From NCBI GenBank assembly GCA_963737655.1, contig CAVTTN010000002.1:2912001-2976000 (forward strand): 64,000 nucleotides of DNA, given 5' to 3'. Source of the stretch: an uncultured Planctomycetota bacterium. GTDB lineage: Bacteria; Planctomycetota; Planctomycetia; Isosphaerales; Isosphaeraceae. Shown here one piece after another: positions 60,931 to 64,000 of the stretch (positions are counted from its first letter, which is position 1; each line of letters begins with the position of its first letter). A model generated the notes under the pieces. The model saw nothing but the letters and a program-made list of their open reading frames with translations, was not told the DNA's origin and made no database searches. The position numbers were made by a program, and so were the translations under genes.

Positions 60931-61107
60931 TTGCGGCACTTCATGGTCCACCCGCTCCAGGCCCTGGCCCCAGGAACGTACCGAAGAGAGACTGCGACGG
61001 CCCGGGGATCAGTTCCATAGATCCTTGACAAGGTGATGAAAGAAGAACGAGAATGCGACCTCGGATGGCTCTGGCTCGGCCCCAGGGATCCTGAAAGGAG
61101 CGTTCCG

Positions 61108-61715
61108 ATGGCGGGGTGCCCCGAGGATGCGGCACGATCCCTCGACGCGGCCCTGGCCGGCTCGCTCGATGCTCTGGGCGAGACCCTGGAGGGTTGCCGG
61201 TTCTATCTCCTGGCCGTGGCGGAGCGCGACCTCGACCTGGACCTCCGCGCCAAGGGGGGGGCGTCGGACCTGGTCCAGGAGACCTTCCTGGAAGCCCAGC
61301 GTGACTTCGCTCAGTTCGGCGGTAAGACCCCGGACGAGCTCCTGATCTGGCTCAGGCGGCTCCTGAAGAACAACATGGCGAACTTCCTCCGCCACTACCG
61401 GGGTACGGCGAAGCGGAGGTCCGCCAGGGAGGTCCAGCCCGGGGGCGACGCCTCGGCCGGGGGCCTGGCGGCCCGGGTGGCCGACGGCGCCCGAGCCCCA
61501 GCCAGGTCCTGATGGAAGAGGAGACGAACGATGAGCTGAGGCGGGCGATCGACGCCCTGCCCGCCGACCAGGGGCGGATCCTCCTCCTCCGCTACATCGA
61601 GGGCCGCTCGTTCGAGGAGATCGCCGCGGCGATGGGGCGGACCCCGAACGCGGCGAGGAAGCTCTGGGGGAGGGCCGTCGAGAGCCTCCAGGGCGTCCTG
61701 GACGGGCCGCGATGA
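61108..61715 (+). CDS. ECF sigma-70 factor (planctomycete type); frameshift near 61490
   Basis: AAAGGAG RBS; LRAKGGASDLVQETFLEA.RDF..F.G, WLRRLL.N; region 4 LP.DQ..IL.LRY.EG.SF.EIA. Confidence 0.87.
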
Positions 61716-64000
61716 GCGACCCGACCGATCCCTCGGCCGATGGGGATCGCCTGTTCGACCTGATGGCCGAATTCGATGAGGCCCTGGTCGCCGGGGCCGA
61801 GACGCCGGAAGCCGGACTGCTCGGGCCCGGCGCCGACCCCGAGCTCCTGTCCCGCCTGGCCGGGAGGATGGCCTCGCTGAGGCGGCTCCACTCGCTCCGC
61901 GCGGACGCCCGGGGGCCGGCCCCGGGGCCCGGCCCGGCACCGCGGACGTTCGGCCGGTTCTCGATCCTCCGCGAGCTCGGCCGTGGGGGCTGCGGGGTCG
62001 TGTTCCTGGCGAACGACCCCAGCCTTCGCCGCGAGGTCGCGCTGAAGGTCCCGAACCCGGAGGCGTTCACCAGCGACTCGCTCCGCCGACGGTTCCAGCG
62101 CAAGGCGCAGGCCGCGGCGGCCCTGGACCATCCGAACATCATCGCGGTCTTCGAGTGCGGAGAGGTCGGCCCGGTCCCCTACATCACCTCGGCCTTCTGC
62201 CCGGGGCCGAACCTCTCGGTCTGGGCGAGCTCTCGGGCCGGCCCGATCCCGGCCCGGCAGGCGGCGGAGATCGTCCTGAGCCTGGCCGGCGCGATCCGCC
62301 ACGCGCATTCGCGGGGGGTCCTCCACCGCGACCTGAAGCCGAGCAACGTGTTGATGGTCCCCCCCGACGGGGACGCCTCGCCGTCGCCGGGAGGCGAGGT
62401 GGCCGATTCCCCCCGGCTGACCGACTTCGGCCTGGCCAGCGTGTTCCGGGCGGAGGGGGCGGGGACGGCCGTCGAGGCCGGGGCGACCAACCTGACGAAA
62501 TCCGGGATGATCTTCGGGACCCCGGCCTACATGACCCCGGAGCAGGCCGACGGCCGGGTCGGGGCGATCGGCCCGGCGACGGACGTCTACGGCCTGGGGA
62601 CGATCCTGTACGAGCTCCTGACGGGCCGGGCCCCGTTCGTCTCCGAGTCCTCGCTAGAGACGCTCCAGCAAGTCCTCCGCGACGAGCCGGTCCCGCCCCG
62701 ACGGCTCCGCCCGAGGCTCTCCCGGACCCTGGAGACGATCTGCCTGAAGTGCCTGGAGAAGGACCCGAGGCGCCGCTACTCGACGGCCGCCGGGCTCGCC
62801 GAGGACCTCGCCCGCTACCTCGACGGTCGGCCGATCGCGGCGAGGCCGACGGGCCTCCTCGAGCGCGCCTGGCGATGGTCCCGCCGCGAGCCGAAGGTCG
62901 CGAGCCTGCTGGCCCTGGTCGTCCTGGCCACGGTCGCGGGATTCGCCGGGGTCTCCTGGCAATGGAGGAGGGCCCAGGGGCAGACGGTCCTCGCCCGGGC
63001 CCAGAGGGATGCCGCCGAGTTCCAGAGGACCCGCGCGGAGAGCCACTTCCGCAAGGCCCGCCTGGTCGTCGATCGGCTGACCAGCCTCTCCGACGAGATG
63101 CGCTATCAGCCCCGAATGGAGAAGACCCGCCGATCCCTCCTCGAGGAGGTCTCACAGTTCTACCAGGAATTCCTGGTCGAGAAGAGCGACGACCCCGGGG
63201 TCCGGCTCGACGCGGCGTGGAACTGCCTCCGTCTTGCCGAGATCTACGCGTGGCTGGGGCGATGGGACCAGGGCAAGGAGGCGATCCAACGCGCCGACGG
63301 CCTGCTCGCGAGCCTCGAGGCCGAGGACCCCGACCGGGCCGAGTACCTCGACGTCCGGGTCACCTACTTCTGGCACCTCAGCGGCTACTACCGCGGCCAC
63401 GACCTCCATCGCGAGGCGCTGAGGGACTACGACGAGGGGATCGCCTACGCCCGCCGCCTGATCGGCGCCCCTCCGGCGCCCCCGGGGGTCGCGTTCCGGA
63501 TGGCGAACCTCCTGGTCAATCGGGCCCTGTCCCGGAAGATCCTCGGGATGAGAAAGGAGGCGGAGCAGGATTATCTCGCCGCGATCGAGATCCAGAACGA
63601 GGCGATCCGGGTCCCGGACGCGAGCCCCGGGCGCCGGGCGCCCTCTCCTGGTGGTCCGAGCTGGCCCTGAGCACGGACGATTACGGGTTCCTGCTCTGGG
63701 AGGACGGGCGCCGAGCGGAGGCGGAGGTGGCCTGTCGGCGGGCCCTGGGCATCCGCCGGGAACTGCTCAAGAAGAGGCCCCAGTACGCCTCCCACAGCTT
63801 TTTCCTGGCGAGGAGCCTGGTCCGCCTCTCGGTGATCCAGAGGGGGAACGGCCAGAGGGACGCGGGCGAGGCGAGCCTCCGAGAGGTGATCGGGATCCTC
63901 CGATCGGTCCTCGCCGAGAGCCCCGATTACCGGGCCGTCCGCGAGCTCCTGGCCGATGCCTGGGCGGACCTCGCCTCTCTCCTGGACGACCTGGGACGAT
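61712..64000 (+). CDS. Hanks-type Ser/Thr kinase with TM and TPR-like C-terminus; frameshift near 63630, runs off window
   Basis: Motifs LGRGGCGVV, VALK, HRDLKPSNV, TDFGLA, GTPAYMTPEQ, DVYGLG; ATGA overlap with the sigma factor. Confidence 0.92.

Noticed and set aside
59968..64000. intact prophage or ICE
   Set aside because: The integrase is broken and no phage structural or conjugation genes are present in the window.

Overview
GC-rich 64-kb window of mostly core chromosome from a planctomycete, probably Isosphaeraceae-like. This is inferred from a LEPR-XLL-type protein, a DUF1570 protein, an ECF sigma/Ser-Thr kinase pair and the H4MPT C1 genes. Core content: an H4MPT-linked C1 cluster (fhcC-mch-rimK-like-citG-like), agmatine deiminase, transaldolase, arsS with its AhpD-like partner, and a glycine cleavage operon (gcvT-H-PA-PB plus lipoate ligase) interleaved with four accessory genes. 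Also present are lgt-panD-panC, a four-gene phosphorelay, lpxI/lpxD, tsaD, an S41 protease, a uxaC-like gene and a coaB-like gene. tRNA-Pro(CGG) is followed by a decayed integrase fused to an IS4-like transposase fragment. About 14 genes carry single-base frameshifts, mostly in G/C runs; these are most likely long-read assembly errors. The most notable unannotated signals are four. (1) A 29-aa Arg/Lys-rich ORF with its own promoter and RBS, a candidate small ribosomal protein. (2) A diverse set of REP/REPIN-like palindromic elements, some nested and some supplying stop codons. (3) An antisense gene with its own promoter splitting the arsS locus. (4) A degenerate YrdC domain fused to a YwlE-type phosphatase. 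No CRISPR array or rRNA was seen. All calls come from reading the sequence by eye; no database searches were run.
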